DNA from: a virus
Lineage: Duplodnaviria > Caudoviricetes
IMG/VR virus record: IMGVR_UViG_3300030392_001553
Span: 1 to 57,975 of that record
Length of the DNA: 57,975 nt
Strand: one strand, 5' to 3'
The translations under genes and the position numbers were made by a program. The notes under the pieces were generated by a model. The model did not search any database and was not told the origin of the DNA. It worked only from the letters and a program-made list of their open reading frames with translations. Positions 1-10,382 of this stretch are shown one piece after another. The stretch's first letter is position 1. Every line of letters begins with the position of its first letter.

Positions 1-344
1 ATTGCTGTTATAAAATTTATCCTTGGCATTTTTTATAATAACATTGACGGCTGTGTTGTTGATTGATTGTTGTCCATTTGTATAAAATTCGTTAGCCTTT
101 TTCCAAGAACCTAGTCCTTGGCGTAAAGACTCTTTTTCTGCTGGTCCTACTGGAACACGGAAAAATTGAGGGCCGATTGCGCCGCTAAGTTTACCTGACG
201 CATCAATAGATCCGGTAGGACGGTGAACTATTTTATACCCCCTAGCGACATCTAGGGAAAGCTGGGTAAAAGTAGAATCTATAACTTCATCAACAGATTT
301 TATAATCTGTCCCACACCTGCTTGAGCAGCAGGTGCAATCAGTT
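1..344. repeat. Terminal overlap copy A (circular assembly; allele A of a bubble)
   Basis: First 77 bp and last 77 bp identical to 57641-57975; central part divergent and 9 bp longer. Confidence 0.95.
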
Positions 345-1755
345 CTTCGCTTTGAGAGGACAGGCGAAGAGCCTGTTTTAATGCTTTAAGGTCAGACAAA
401 GAAAAATCACTTGCTTGATCTATTTGATTAAACAAAGTTCCTTTGTAATCAACAAACCTGTTTTCACTTTTAAGCCTCTTAATAGTATCTTTAATAGGTT
501 GCAAATCAAACGTAACACCTTTTCCCATCTGGGCTTCGGCTAAGTCATAAGCAGCTTTTGATTCGGCTCTAAAAAGATTAGCAGCTAACTGGGCACCTTC
601 CACATATTGGTCGGGAACACCTTTAGCGGGAATAAAAGCTTGCTCAAAGGCTTTAAGTTCCGTTTTTACAATATCGTCAAGGTTACTTTGTATAACATTA
701 AAAATTTTCTCTGGATCAGCCATTTTTATGTTGAACATCGCGGCGATAGAATCATATTCACTTTTTAATAACTGTTGTGCTTCCTTCTGAGTAATAGAGC
801 CGCCTTGTAGATCCCTTAATACCTTTTCCATAAATTGAACATTACTTCTTGCCACTGTTTGATTGGGCATTATTTTTTCGTTCATGCCGAGTATTCTACC
901 CGTTAATGCCTTACCCGTGACAGCAAACACTGTTGGACGAGCACCTGCCTTCACCATCTGCCCGTAATCAAGTCTAGCTTGTTCTTTGGCTATTCTAGTT
1001 GACTGTTTTGTGGTTTTACCCGTGGTTGCTTTTATTTCTGCTATTCTTTGGGATGAAACCTGTGGACCGGGTCCTTTGAATACTCTTCCCAGCCCCCAAG
1101 AAAATACACGTCCTGTTCCCTCAAAAAAAGCGGTAAGGGGGCCTTCTATGGCTATCTGCGCGGCCACTTCTCCAGCGGATTGTCTATTTAAACCCTGTAA
1201 CCATTCAATCCCTTCATCTACTGCTTTGACAGCCATAGCTGTGGTTCCCACAACGGCCATAGCTGGCCACCAACCTAAACTCGATGCCGCAATACTTGCT
1301 CCAATTGCTCCAGCAACAACAGGTCCTTCTTCTCCTCCAAAATCAGCTAGATCGAGTGCAGAAAACCCAGGCTTGTCAAAGTAAATCTTACCCGTATCAC
1401 CAAGACCGTATTTACGGCGAATTTCAGGAGCAACTTTAGCTTGGTCAATAATAAAAGTATCCGGACCTACACGCTCAACGGTGTCTTCTCCAAACTTTAT
1501 GGATAAGAGATTTTCCTTTTCATTATCGTCGTCCATGCGTCCAACTTCATAACGCAAAAAAGCATCTTTTATCTCACCCGTAATAGTTTCTGGTTCGACC
1601 TTTGCTTTTTCTTCAACAACGGTGTAATTAAAAGTTTCTCCCGGAGGGGGCGGAGCAAGTTTGCGAAGACGTTCCAGTTCTTCATCCGTTATGGTATCCC
1701 CCTCAATATCAACGGTAGCGAGTCCTTGGGGTGTATTTATAGTTATTTGTCCCAT
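1..1755 (-). CDS. N-terminal part of a large (~1120 aa) putative internal virion/ejection protein; continues across the circular junction into 57640..56027
   Basis: Not in ORF track (no stop inside window). ATG at 1755 overlaps upstream stop; reads MGQITINTPQGLATVDIEG... and is in frame with ORF 56027..57946 through the terminal overlap. Translated by hand in parts, not every codon. Confidence 0.8.
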   Translation of the reverse strand, partial: MGQITINTPQGLATVDIEGDTITDEELERLRKLAPPPPGETFNYTVVEEKAKVEPETITGEIKDAFLRYEVGRMDDDNEKENLLSIKFGEDTVERVGPDTFIIDQAKVAPEIRRKYGLGDTGKIYFDKPGFSALDLADFGGEEGPVVAGAIGASIAASSLGWWPAMAVVGTTAMAVKAVDEGIEWLQGLNRQSAGEVAAQIAIEGPLTAFFEGTGRVFSWGLGRVFKGPGPQVSSQRIAEIKATTGKTTKQSTRIAKEQARLDYGQMVKAGARPTVFAVTGKALTGRILGMNEKIMPNQTVARSNVQFMEKVLRDLQGGSITQKEAQQLLKSEYDSIAAMFNIKMADPEKIFNVIQSNLDDIVKTELKAFEQAFIPAKGVPDQYVEGAQLAANLFRAESKAAYDLAEAQMGKGVTFDLQPIKDTIKRLKSENRFVDYKGTLFNQIDQASDFSLSDLKALKQALRLSSQSEELIAPAAQAGVGQIIKSVDEVIDSTFTQLSLDVARGYKIVHRPTGSIDASGKLSGAIGPQFFRVPVGPAEKESLRQGLGSWKKANEFYTNGQQSINNTAVNVIIKNAKDKFYNSN

Positions 1756-4685
1756 TATATGTTCTGCTTATCTTTTGTTAGGTCCCAATGAAGTTTTAGT
1801 TTTTTTGGTTTTTTATATTCCGGTACGTTACTTCTTAAAGCCCTAAGTCCAGAAACATTGAAATTGACCTTGGCCGTTTCTCCTCGGTATATGGAGTGAA
1901 TATCGTCTAATGATTCAACTATTATACGTGATGTTTCTTCAAGAGCACGCGTAATTGCTGCGGGGTTTGCCAGCACTCTTTGATCGAACCCAGTAATCCC
2001 TCTCCACACCACTTTTCCGTCTTCTATTGGTGCATCTACAGTAAAACCTAACGCACGAGCGACACGAACACGGTCAGCATCTGAAATAGTTCTGCCGCTT
2101 TCTCCAAGAAGGATTGGTGTTAATTTGGCCAAAAGCAAGCGGCCCTTTGTTGAAAATGCGTCAACAGCACCTATGTCTTTGCCATCAAGAAGCCATTTTT
2201 TAAAGTCATCTAGTCCTGACCCTTCACCGAAGGCACCCGCAATACCCGCCACCATGGTTCCAAAACGATCTTTAAAAGTACCTGTACCGACTAATTTTTT
2301 AGGATCTATTCGATGTAGCTCATCTAGTTTATTGTAAAGATCCCGGTAATTTCTTGACACTCTTCCATATTCATAAGTAAGAGCTTTGAATTCGCCTCCG
2401 GACATTAAATATTTAACTTCAGGGATTAGGAGTTTGCCTTTGGTATCCCTCTTAAAAAAAGCCCCTGCCTTCGGATAACCATAAACAGGCCGATAGTTAC
2501 TTTTGTAATTTTCCCACGGGGCGTAAGGGGCGGCGGTGGCCGGACTAAAAAGTTTATTTAGATCTTCGAGGGGGAGATCCCAAACGCCTTCCCCTCCCTT
2601 CTGTTTAAGTAAATCTTTAAATTTAGGGGTAGGCTTACCTATCTCAATCACTGGGACATTAAGGTTGTTCATAGATTGTTTTTGATAATAATCCAAGGAT
2701 ATTGTCATTCCCTCTGGAATAATGACAAATCCCTTTGCGTCTTTTCTGCCAGGAAACACATTTTGTGGAACCTTTGTTGCTTTTGTGGTCATATAATTTG
2801 TTGGTCTTAAACGCTTTCTCTCTTCTTCTCTTTGTTCTGTCCGGATTGTTCTTCTTTCTGCCCTGTTTTCCGCATCCAAAGAAAGTTTTTGTTGGATAGC
2901 TATTTTAGCGACAGTCATTTGTCGGGCACGTTTATCCGAAGTTTGTTTTTGTTTCCAATTCATAATAGCGGGGAGGGACTTCACAGCACCGCCAGCTATG
3001 TTTTGCATAGCATCGGGTGACGTACCCGCTGCTATATTAGCCCCTAGATAAGCTATCAAGAAACCCATCATTTGGTCATCGTCTTTTTCGTCTAAAGCTG
3101 GAAGAGCTTTTTCTATATCGCTTTTCAAGTCTTCTATGGTTCTGTCTGTGCCCTCTCCGCTTGCAGTACCCACTATTCTTGAAACGAGGTTATCAACAGC
3201 GGCCACTTTTGCATCTGCTGATGTATTTTTCTTTTTCTTATTCAGTAAAGAAAAAAGATCAGCTTGGGAAACTACAACGCCACCTTCTTCTGGATTTACA
3301 ATATTTTTTACCGTGACAGGGGCAAATCCAAGTCCTTCACCTGCCACACCCCATCCTTCAGGGATATCTTCTGATTTCTTTGTTACAGATAAGGGATCCT
3401 CTTCATATTGTTCAGGATCCAGTAGATCATCTGGCGTCCTCGTGCCAAAAGGACCTGTTAAACCGTAAGATGCAAGATTTTTGTCTCGCCATTCCTTCTC
3501 ACGTTTCTCTGCCAAGATTTTGAGTTCGTCTGATGTATTAGGACTTTGGACATCAGCGGATTGAAGAACTTCATTAACGAATTCCGGTGATTTTGTTTTT
3601 TGCAGGTCTATTATAAATTGTTGTGCCTGTGTAACGGGTTGTATACCCATTGTCCCAAGAACATTTATTTCTGTTTCAGTGGGAGTTATCGAAGAACCTA
3701 AGTTAAGACCGCCAATCCAATCTGCCGTCAGATATCGACCGTAGTCAAGTGTAGCCTTTTCTAAATCTTCCTGATAAAGTTCTACTTCAGGGTCGTAACC
3801 TTCTCCACTTATGTCACTTCCCCCCACAGATAAAGATCCTAATTCACTGGGGGGTAGTTTAGTTTCGCTCGTATAACCCTGTTCTTCTGACATCTCCGGT
3901 ACTCCTGCCGTTTGAGAAACAGGACCGGACTCAAATTTTATTGAGAGAGTTTTGGCAATCTCCTTGGCGAAATCATTAGCTGAATTTGTCTGGCCTATTA
4001 TACCTGCTCCAGCCGAAAGAATTTCTTTTTCAAGATCAGGGCGAATAGATATAAGCTCTGTTAAAGCTCTCCGTTCACTAAAACTACGTCCGGAAGCTTC
4101 TTCCTTGTCGCTGAATAAATATCCAAGAAGGTCTTTTTGACCCCTGAATCTCTGGGCAAGAAAAGAATCAACCCTGTTTCCTACTACTTCTGCTCCAGCT
4201 ATAGTCTTTTCAAGAAGTGTTCCGACACGACCCGGAATGGATCCTACAATTTTTCGTGCCATGCTTGGCTCTTCAGTATATTTTTTACCGCCGGGTTTGG
4301 TGATTGATTCCGCGAATTCTGCGGGAAACATGGTCATTAATCTTTCGGCATCCGTTTCTGTTCGTGCTTGGAAAAGGGTTAACTGTCTGCTAGGCCGCAA
4401 GAAACTGGGGATTGATTTATCCTGGAAATCTCGACCTCGTCCATATATGGGGAAAGAATACATACCGCCGTTATCAAATCTTGCAATCCCTCCTTTGGCC
4501 ATGGACAGGGAAGCACCGCCAACGGGACTTGTTGCATCCTGTGAAACGGCTTCTATAAGAGGTTGAGAGGAGGCCAGAATACCGGAAGCCTGATTGATGT
4601 TCTGCATCGGGTTTCCCACAGGAATCATTCCCCCGCCACGAAACATGTGGCGTCTAGCAAGAACAGAACGAATAGGACGGGCCAT
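1755..4685 (-). CDS. Large putative internal virion/ejection protein (976 aa)
   Basis: Position after tail genes; helical; MFRGG/MAKGG/FDNGG motifs. Confidence 0.55.
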   Translation of the reverse strand: MARPIRSVLARRHMFRGGGMIPVGNPMQNINQASGILASSQPLIEAVSQDATSPVGGASLSMAKGGIARFDNGGMYSFPIYGRGRDFQDKSIPSFLRPSRQLTLFQARTETDAERLMTMFPAEFAESITKPGGKKYTEEPSMARKIVGSIPGRVGTLLEKTIAGAEVVGNRVDSFLAQRFRGQKDLLGYLFSDKEEASGRSFSERRALTELISIRPDLEKEILSAGAGIIGQTNSANDFAKEIAKTLSIKFESGPVSQTAGVPEMSEEQGYTSETKLPPSELGSLSVGGSDISGEGYDPEVELYQEDLEKATLDYGRYLTADWIGGLNLGSSITPTETEINVLGTMGIQPVTQAQQFIIDLQKTKSPEFVNEVLQSADVQSPNTSDELKILAEKREKEWRDKNLASYGLTGPFGTRTPDDLLDPEQYEEDPLSVTKKSEDIPEGWGVAGEGLGFAPVTVKNIVNPEEGGVVVSQADLFSLLNKKKKNTSADAKVAAVDNLVSRIVGTASGEGTDRTIEDLKSDIEKALPALDEKDDDQMMGFLIAYLGANIAAGTSPDAMQNIAGGAVKSLPAIMNWKQKQTSDKRARQMTVAKIAIQQKLSLDAENRAERRTIRTEQREEERKRLRPTNYMTTKATKVPQNVFPGRKDAKGFVIIPEGMTISLDYYQKQSMNNLNVPVIEIGKPTPKFKDLLKQKGGEGVWDLPLEDLNKLFSPATAAPYAPWENYKSNYRPVYGYPKAGAFFKRDTKGKLLIPEVKYLMSGGEFKALTYEYGRVSRNYRDLYNKLDELHRIDPKKLVGTGTFKDRFGTMVAGIAGAFGEGSGLDDFKKWLLDGKDIGAVDAFSTKGRLLLAKLTPILLGESGRTISDADRVRVARALGFTVDAPIEDGKVVWRGITGFDQRVLANPAAITRALEETSRIIVESLDDIHSIYRGETAKVNFNVSGLRALRSNVPEYKKPKKLKLHWDLTKDKQNI

Positions 4686-4699
4686 TTAATTATCCCTAC

Positions 4700-5836
4700 T
4701 TATGGTTTTCCGGAGCTTCTAAATAAATCTGCGAAAGGATTACCTAAACCCTTGTTGATTCCAAAGCCAGCAATCCCCGCACCTATGGCCTGTGACCATG
4801 GGCTAGGAGAGGGTGCCGTTGCAGTTTGGAAAGAAGACTGACCGGAACCAATCGAGGGTTTGAAGATATCGCTGATAAACCCGATTCTCTGGAACGGCTC
4901 GTAAGCCTGTTGGAGATAGCTTTGCCGTTCAGCATCCAGCATACGCTGTTGCTGGGCTTGGCCAAGGGCGCCTAACTGTGACTGCAGCTGGGCTTGCTGA
5001 CCCACGAGTCCCTGACCTTGTGCCGCGAGATTCGCTTGCTGGGTTCCGAAGGCGCCGATAGCGGCTCCCCGCCTTGCGGCTTCCTGTGACTGTGACTGAC
5101 CGATACCCGCCAGGAGACGACCGATACCCTGTTGTCTTTGTTGTTGCTGTTCGAAAGCCTGTTGCTGTAGTTGTCGTTCCAGACCCGTTCCCTGTAACCG
5201 TCGGCCCTGGGCCTGTTCGAAAGCCTGTTGGGCCTGACCCATGGATTGCTGGTAACCTGCTGATCGTAAACCAGCCGCTGTACGGCCTTGCTGTTCGAAA
5301 ATGTTTCTGGCGAGTTCCGTACCCGCTATTCCTTCACGGGAACCTCCGAAAGCACCAGCGCCCACGGCCCGTGCACCAACTCCCTGTTGGGCGATATCCC
5401 CTTCCCGGCGTATATCGGATAAAGCTTGCTGGACAACGGCATCTTCATAGGGGTCCATGTACTGGGAAACAGCTGTCGGGTCGAACTGCGCTTGTCCTCC
5501 TATTTGAGGCCCACCGCCAAATCTCTGTCCGGAACCACGGGCGGCATCTGCTGCACTTCCGAATAAACCCGGTACCCCCGCGTACCCCTGCTGTAAAGCT
5601 TGCAGTCCCTGACCCAATGTACCCGCACCTTGGGTCAGGTAATGCATGTAATCACCAATACCTTGGCCTGTCTGCATGGCTTGCTGCGTTAAAGGATCAA
5701 GAGCAGCAACGTGCATGTCCGGAATATCCACGGGCGTTTCGCCACGGGCAAAGGCGTAATCCAAAAGGCGTCTTTGAAAATCCTCAAGATAGGGGGCTTG
5801 TCGGACGACTGTTTCTGTGGTGGTGGTTTCAGCCAT
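4700..5836 (-). CDS. Gln/Gly/Ala-rich internal virion (DNA ejection/pilot-like) protein
   Basis: Q/G/A-rich helical sequence, YMDPY..VVQQ and GAFGGSR motifs typical of podovirus-like core proteins. Confidence 0.65.
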   Translation of the reverse strand: MAETTTTETVVRQAPYLEDFQRRLLDYAFARGETPVDIPDMHVAALDPLTQQAMQTGQGIGDYMHYLTQGAGTLGQGLQALQQGYAGVPGLFGSAADAARGSGQRFGGGPQIGGQAQFDPTAVSQYMDPYEDAVVQQALSDIRREGDIAQQGVGARAVGAGAFGGSREGIAGTELARNIFEQQGRTAAGLRSAGYQQSMGQAQQAFEQAQGRRLQGTGLERQLQQQAFEQQQQRQQGIGRLLAGIGQSQSQEAARRGAAIGAFGTQQANLAAQGQGLVGQQAQLQSQLGALGQAQQQRMLDAERQSYLQQAYEPFQRIGFISDIFKPSIGSGQSSFQTATAPSPSPWSQAIGAGIAGFGINKGLGNPFADLFRSSGKP

Positions 5837-7527
5837 TATGCTACTGCCCCTTCAAAACGGGACATAAGATCGTACATTCTTGCGGCCCCCATATCCCTGT
5901 TTCCGCCCCCCGCTCCTCTGACGGCGGCTTCTGTCATTACAAATTCACCATTCGATAACCGGGCAGGAATACTATCGGATTTCGCTGTGCCGGGGCCTAT
6001 TACTTCTCCGCCCCCCTGTAGAAAGCTGGCTAAACCTCCTTCTGCCGCGGTGCGATATTTACTTTTGAGATAATCAGAGGCTTGTGTCCCTGTGATTCCA
6101 GCTGTTCTCGCAATCTGTTCGCGGCTGGCTCCCGGTACTATGCCAGATTCAATAAGAAGCTCCCGTCCTCTAGGACTTCTTTTCTGGTCATCCGGAAGAG
6201 CAAGGAACTTGGCGTAAGCGGCTTGTTGTTTCGAAGTGGCTGATTCTGGTAAACCTTTGTCTCCTCTTTGATCTTTCCAAGCTCGCCAATAGGAATAAGC
6301 AGTAGGACCTAAAGTCGCAGCCGCTTTCCCGTAAAGTCCGGCACCTTTGCCAGTGGGATCGGTAATTTTCTGTACAAAAGTAGGTTCAAGAGGCTTCCAT
6401 TGATTAGACTTAACGCCAGTATTTTTATTGACACTTACAGTCGCTTCATAGGTTATATCGTTAAGAGTTTTTTGGTAGCCTGGAGAGTAGTCATTGGGGT
6501 TACCTAATCCTTCTTTCGAACTAAGTGTTGAAACCGAAGGCGAGAAGGGTGCATCAGTTGATTCTCTTATAAAGCCCACCCCTTCAGGACTCTGGCTTAT
6601 AGCCTGTTCCAAGCTTCTTTCTGTATCTATTCCCGCGCCTCTAAGTTGTCTCTCCGTTAATAAAGTCTCACCGGAGCGTGGAACCAGTGGAGGCGTTCTT
6701 TGAGACGGTACATCCCCATAATCAACGGATGGTGGCTGGACCCCTGCAGCTATGGGAGGTTCATCCATCCAACTTGCAAGAGTAGATGGCTCTGTCTGGA
6801 CCCCTGTATTTAAAATTGCCGCCGCATCTGTGGGAGGTTTAAAATCCGGTTTATACTCCATACCACCCAAAGCAGACCAATTTTTCAATTCTCCGCTACC
6901 TAATATACCCTGCTCCCAAGGACTAGAAGGAGCACCGCTTAATAAATCAGCACCCGCTTGTAAGGGGTTCGTCATACCTTTGGAAAATTCACCAAAAGCT
7001 TTATCCCAACCCCCGTTACCTCCCAGACCACCAATGCCCTTCATAAGGGATCCACCTACCCAAGCCGTACCTACACTTTTCAGAACATCTCCCCATGATC
7101 CTCCCTGAAGTTTTGTGGCCAGACCAGAAGCGATCAACCCGCCAATGCCCGGTAAAAGGATATTACCAAGAATAGGGGCTATGAAAGGAAGAGCTTTCTT
7201 GAAAACCTTTTTTACAGCCCTGAAAATCTTCTTGAAGAAAAATTCCGGTTGCCCGGTAATCGGGTTAATGGAGTTAAAACCGCTTCCCACGACATACCGA
7301 TTGGGATTCCGGATTCCCATCATACGCATCTGGCGAAACAGGTCTTCTTTTAATCCCGGATTGGCTTCCAGTATTTCCCTTGGGATAATGGCTTCGCCTT
7401 CTGCGGCATGAACCATGTAGGAGTCACCGTACCGCCCCAACGTAGCCAGACCATTGGCCAAGGCATGAGGAGTAGGTTCTCCATTATACTTAGGTCCTGT
7501 ATTCAACATCTCAATACCCTTCGCCAA
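5836..7527 (-). CDS. Putative internal virion protein
   Basis: N-terminal GRYGDSYMVH..NPITGQPEFF and C-terminal GPGTAKSDSIPARLSNGEFV domains common in this phage group. Confidence 0.65.
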   Translation of the reverse strand: MAKGIEMLNTGPKYNGEPTPHALANGLATLGRYGDSYMVHAAEGEAIIPREILEANPGLKEDLFRQMRMMGIRNPNRYVVGSGFNSINPITGQPEFFFKKIFRAVKKVFKKALPFIAPILGNILLPGIGGLIASGLATKLQGGSWGDVLKSVGTAWVGGSLMKGIGGLGGNGGWDKAFGEFSKGMTNPLQAGADLLSGAPSSPWEQGILGSGELKNWSALGGMEYKPDFKPPTDAAAILNTGVQTEPSTLASWMDEPPIAAGVQPPSVDYGDVPSQRTPPLVPRSGETLLTERQLRGAGIDTERSLEQAISQSPEGVGFIRESTDAPFSPSVSTLSSKEGLGNPNDYSPGYQKTLNDITYEATVSVNKNTGVKSNQWKPLEPTFVQKITDPTGKGAGLYGKAAATLGPTAYSYWRAWKDQRGDKGLPESATSKQQAAYAKFLALPDDQKRSPRGRELLIESGIVPGASREQIARTAGITGTQASDYLKSKYRTAAEGGLASFLQGGGEVIGPGTAKSDSIPARLSNGEFVMTEAAVRGAGGGNRDMGAARMYDLMSRFEGAVA

Positions 7528-7612
7528 GGGCGTATGGCGGCGAAATCATTATATAATAATATTTCATCAGCAAAAGACCCATGGCACCTGAACACCTGTA
7601 AATTGTGGTATC

Positions 7613-7936
7613 CTAAGAAATTTCTACAAAACTGCCTACCACATGAAGACGATTTGCATTTGCGGCGGTCACTTTTAATACTTCGGACTCCTCTACTACC
7701 AGAGGTTGCGATAAAAGTTCTACCGTTCCGTTGGCTACTGTGGCTTTTACATTGTAAATAACAAAAACCGCGGATGCCGAATCCGTTAATGTTAAAGTAA
7801 TAGTGGAAGTGCTTCCACTATCATCGGCTACTAATATAGACTTGAAAACAGCTGTCGTTGCCGAAGGCGCCGTGTACAAAGTCGTAACACTTGTGGAAGT
7901 AAGATCCACCTTCGCGTTTTTATAATAAGAAGCCAT
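7613..7936 (-). CDS. Small beta-rich virion protein
   Basis: 107 aa, T/S/V-rich, in tail operon. Confidence 0.6.
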   Translation of the reverse strand: MASYYKNAKVDLTSTSVTTLYTAPSATTAVFKSILVADDSGSTSTITLTLTDSASAVFVIYNVKATVANGTVELLSQPLVVEESEVLKVTAANANRLHVVGSFVEIS

Positions 7937-7937
7937 C

Positions 7938-8102
7938 TCAAGACATAAACCAGCTAAGAGCTATGGATTCATCTCTTCCTTCTACAACAGCGGGAAATTC
8001 TACCTTAGATAACGACATCTCGAGATCCCTTAAAATCCGTTGCCACTCATCCGCATTATATTGTTCGGAAGCATCGGGGAAACTGTGATCAAGAAGCTTC
8101 AT
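7938..8102 (-). CDS. Small hypothetical protein (54 aa)
   Basis: Hand-translated MKLLDHSFPDASEQYNADEWQRILRDLE...WFMS; exactly fills gap between neighbours. Confidence 0.7.
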   Translation of the reverse strand: MKLLDHSFPDASEQYNADEWQRILRDLEMSLSKVEFPAVVEGRDESIALSWFMS

Positions 8103-10372
8103 TATCTTCTCCCGTCAGGTCTTAAATCTATACGTAAATCTCCCATTGTCCAAGCTATGTCCGTGGAAGAACTTTCGAGACGTAAAACAGCCTGTCGCGA
8201 CCTTGCTCTCAAAAAAGATTGTTGCGTAGTGCTGCTTACCGAATTAGTGGAGTTAGTTGTCAGGGAATCGCCCGGATAATTCCTTGTTTTAATGATATAA
8301 TCAACGGAATTGGATCCCGTGATGCTTACATCGGGAATAAGGCGATCCATGAACATGAACTGTTCGCCATCGCCCAGATCAAAATCAGCTGACTCTATAA
8401 AGGAAGTCATCGCGGCACCATCGGCATTGTTTCCAGCCTCGTGACGATAAATGTAGTTTACATCGCTTACTGTACCCGCGGCACGGGGATTATCGTGTAT
8501 GCCGTAATCCACCCAAGCTGTTCGGCTAAGTGTTCCTATATCCCAGGTATTTTCCGTAAAGTTGTATTTTACATAACGATCTATTTCTGTTGAATCAGCC
8601 GATACATAGAACCAGAAAACCTCGTCAAACATCTTGTTGGGCGCCGCAAAGAATTTTTTGGCCTGGGCGAGATTAATATCATCAAAAACGTATCTGAGGA
8701 CTGTACAGGGAAGGAGTTGAACACGTCCTGTGTAAACATAGAAATTTTCACGATCCATCCAGAAAACCTTGTCGGCTATCGTCGCTGTTGTGTTTGGTCC
8801 TACTATGGATACGTTACTCGCCAATAAAGAAAATCCGAATATGAAAGGAGGACCGATAAACCGCATGGCGTGAAGATTGCTGTCTGTCCAGATCAGGATT
8901 TCCTGACGTGTTTTCTGGGCCGATATTATTTCTGAACCGGAAGATATTCTCTGGCTTCCTGCTGTATTTGTTGCTGTCGGTGTCCAATCCACAGGATTCT
9001 CCTGATCTGACCAGCGAACCATCAGGTAATCTTGCCCGGTTTGACCCGGCGGGTTACATCCAAAACAAACAACATGACGGTCAGCACCGGAAACCATGAT
9101 ACGCCGGGCAACTATAGGGGCACCCGCCGCTCCTGTCTGGCTGGCCAAGGTAGAGGCCCTGGCTCCAAGTCCCAAAGTCGCATCCCAGTAATAGGGCGCA
9201 CCGTCAAATACATTCAGAAGAAGATCTTCGCCCCAATTATCCTGGGACCATAGACGTATTTCTCCGGATATGGCGTCTATGTCTGCGGTTTTCCCCCATC
9301 CTATAAAGGTATTAGCCTCTTTTATAGTAGCATCATCCGCATGGGACGCTGCTGTTGTGCCTCGTGCGGCTCTTACAACACCCGCATCCAAGGTATTACT
9401 GCTTTTCCCTGTATACTGTATAAGTTCATCATCTATCAGAATAAGACCCACAAAAGTAGCCGTCGTTCCGTCTGAATGAGCCGCGGCTGTTGTGCCGTCA
9501 GCCCCTCGCGTCAAATCCCCCAAGATATTGCTTGTGTTCGTGCCGTAAATTATTTTTTCACTGTCGATAAGAACCGTTCCCTTGGAAGGGAAACTTGAAG
9601 AATCCGCCAAGGTTATTGATGAATCGTTAATGATTATAGCGCCATCATTTGTGGAAGCCGCCGTTTCAAAATTGGAAGCCGAAGTCAAGGCAATAGAAGT
9701 AGCCGAATCGTTTATGCCTCCGTCAAGAGTTGTTTGCGAATAAGTAACAGCCAAGCCACCAAAAGTTCCAGCCCCCCATCCGGGACCTTCCACAACAGTC
9801 TCAAGACCTATGCTGATTTGATACTGGGCCAGTACAGAAGAACCGCCCCCCGCTGTAGAACCGGAAGAAACACTTCCCCCTGTGTCAACTTTATAACTCC
9901 AGGCATCAATAATCTGTGTGATAACTTGCTCTTGATTAAGATCAGATGTTGTCAAACCATCTGTTGCCGTTGCGCCGCTAAAAGTAACATAATCGCCCTC
10001 GGAAGCACCGTGATCAGCATCTGTCACGGTGATAATACCGCTTCCCGCACTTCCTGTTGTAAAAGGATTGGCCCCAAGCGTGGCACTACGACGAAGGGGG
10101 GTTATGTCATTATATCCATCCCCCTCTTCTATATAAAACTTGGACGTTGTACCAACGCCCATTAATTTTAAATTACCAAGCGTAGACCAGACATGCAAAG
10201 ACCGCGGTGTTCCCGTGAGAGAACTACCACTTACTTTATCCCACCCTCTCATTTTTTCAGGGCGCCCCTTGCGAAAACGTACAAAATCAGAGTTATACCA
10301 CCCGTTTTCTGTGCCATACGAGGTAGTTTCTCGATTAACGCCAGGGACAAAATTTACTTTTTTAAGAGGCAT
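8102..10372 (-). CDS. Tail/head-closure (P22 gp10-like DNA stabilisation/nozzle) protein with inserted beta domains
   Basis: VRWSDQEN motif, beta-propeller-like C-terminal half, ends DLRPDGRR; tail operon. Confidence 0.7.
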   Translation of the reverse strand: MPLKKVNFVPGVNRETTSYGTENGWYNSDFVRFRKGRPEKMRGWDKVSGSSLTGTPRSLHVWSTLGNLKLMGVGTTSKFYIEEGDGYNDITPLRRSATLGANPFTTGSAGSGIITVTDADHGASEGDYVTFSGATATDGLTTSDLNQEQVITQIIDAWSYKVDTGGSVSSGSTAGGGSSVLAQYQISIGLETVVEGPGWGAGTFGGLAVTYSQTTLDGGINDSATSIALTSASNFETAASTNDGAIIINDSSITLADSSSFPSKGTVLIDSEKIIYGTNTSNILGDLTRGADGTTAAAHSDGTTATFVGLILIDDELIQYTGKSSNTLDAGVVRAARGTTAASHADDATIKEANTFIGWGKTADIDAISGEIRLWSQDNWGEDLLLNVFDGAPYYWDATLGLGARASTLASQTGAAGAPIVARRIMVSGADRHVVCFGCNPPGQTGQDYLMVRWSDQENPVDWTPTATNTAGSQRISSGSEIISAQKTRQEILIWTDSNLHAMRFIGPPFIFGFSLLASNVSIVGPNTTATIADKVFWMDRENFYVYTGRVQLLPCTVLRYVFDDINLAQAKKFFAAPNKMFDEVFWFYVSADSTEIDRYVKYNFTENTWDIGTLSRTAWVDYGIHDNPRAAGTVSDVNYIYRHEAGNNADGAAMTSFIESADFDLGDGEQFMFMDRLIPDVSITGSNSVDYIIKTRNYPGDSLTTNSTNSVSSTTQQSFLRARSRQAVLRLESSSTDIAWTMGDLRIDLRPDGRR

Positions 10373-10382
10373 TTTCTACCTC

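Noticed and set aside
1-344. True direct terminal repeat or DGR template/variable repeat pair
   Set aside because: Exact 77-bp flanks indicate an assembly bubble; differences are not adenine-specific, include an indel, and no reverse transcriptase is present
3974-3982. Self-target of unit 1 spacer B (CATTAGCTG)
   Set aside because: Adjacent bases do not match spacer A, and single 9-mer hits are expected by chance in 58 kb. A full self-target search was not possible by eye.
5074-5958. 294-aa plus-strand ORF
   Set aside because: Antisense shadow of the Q/G/A-rich virion gene
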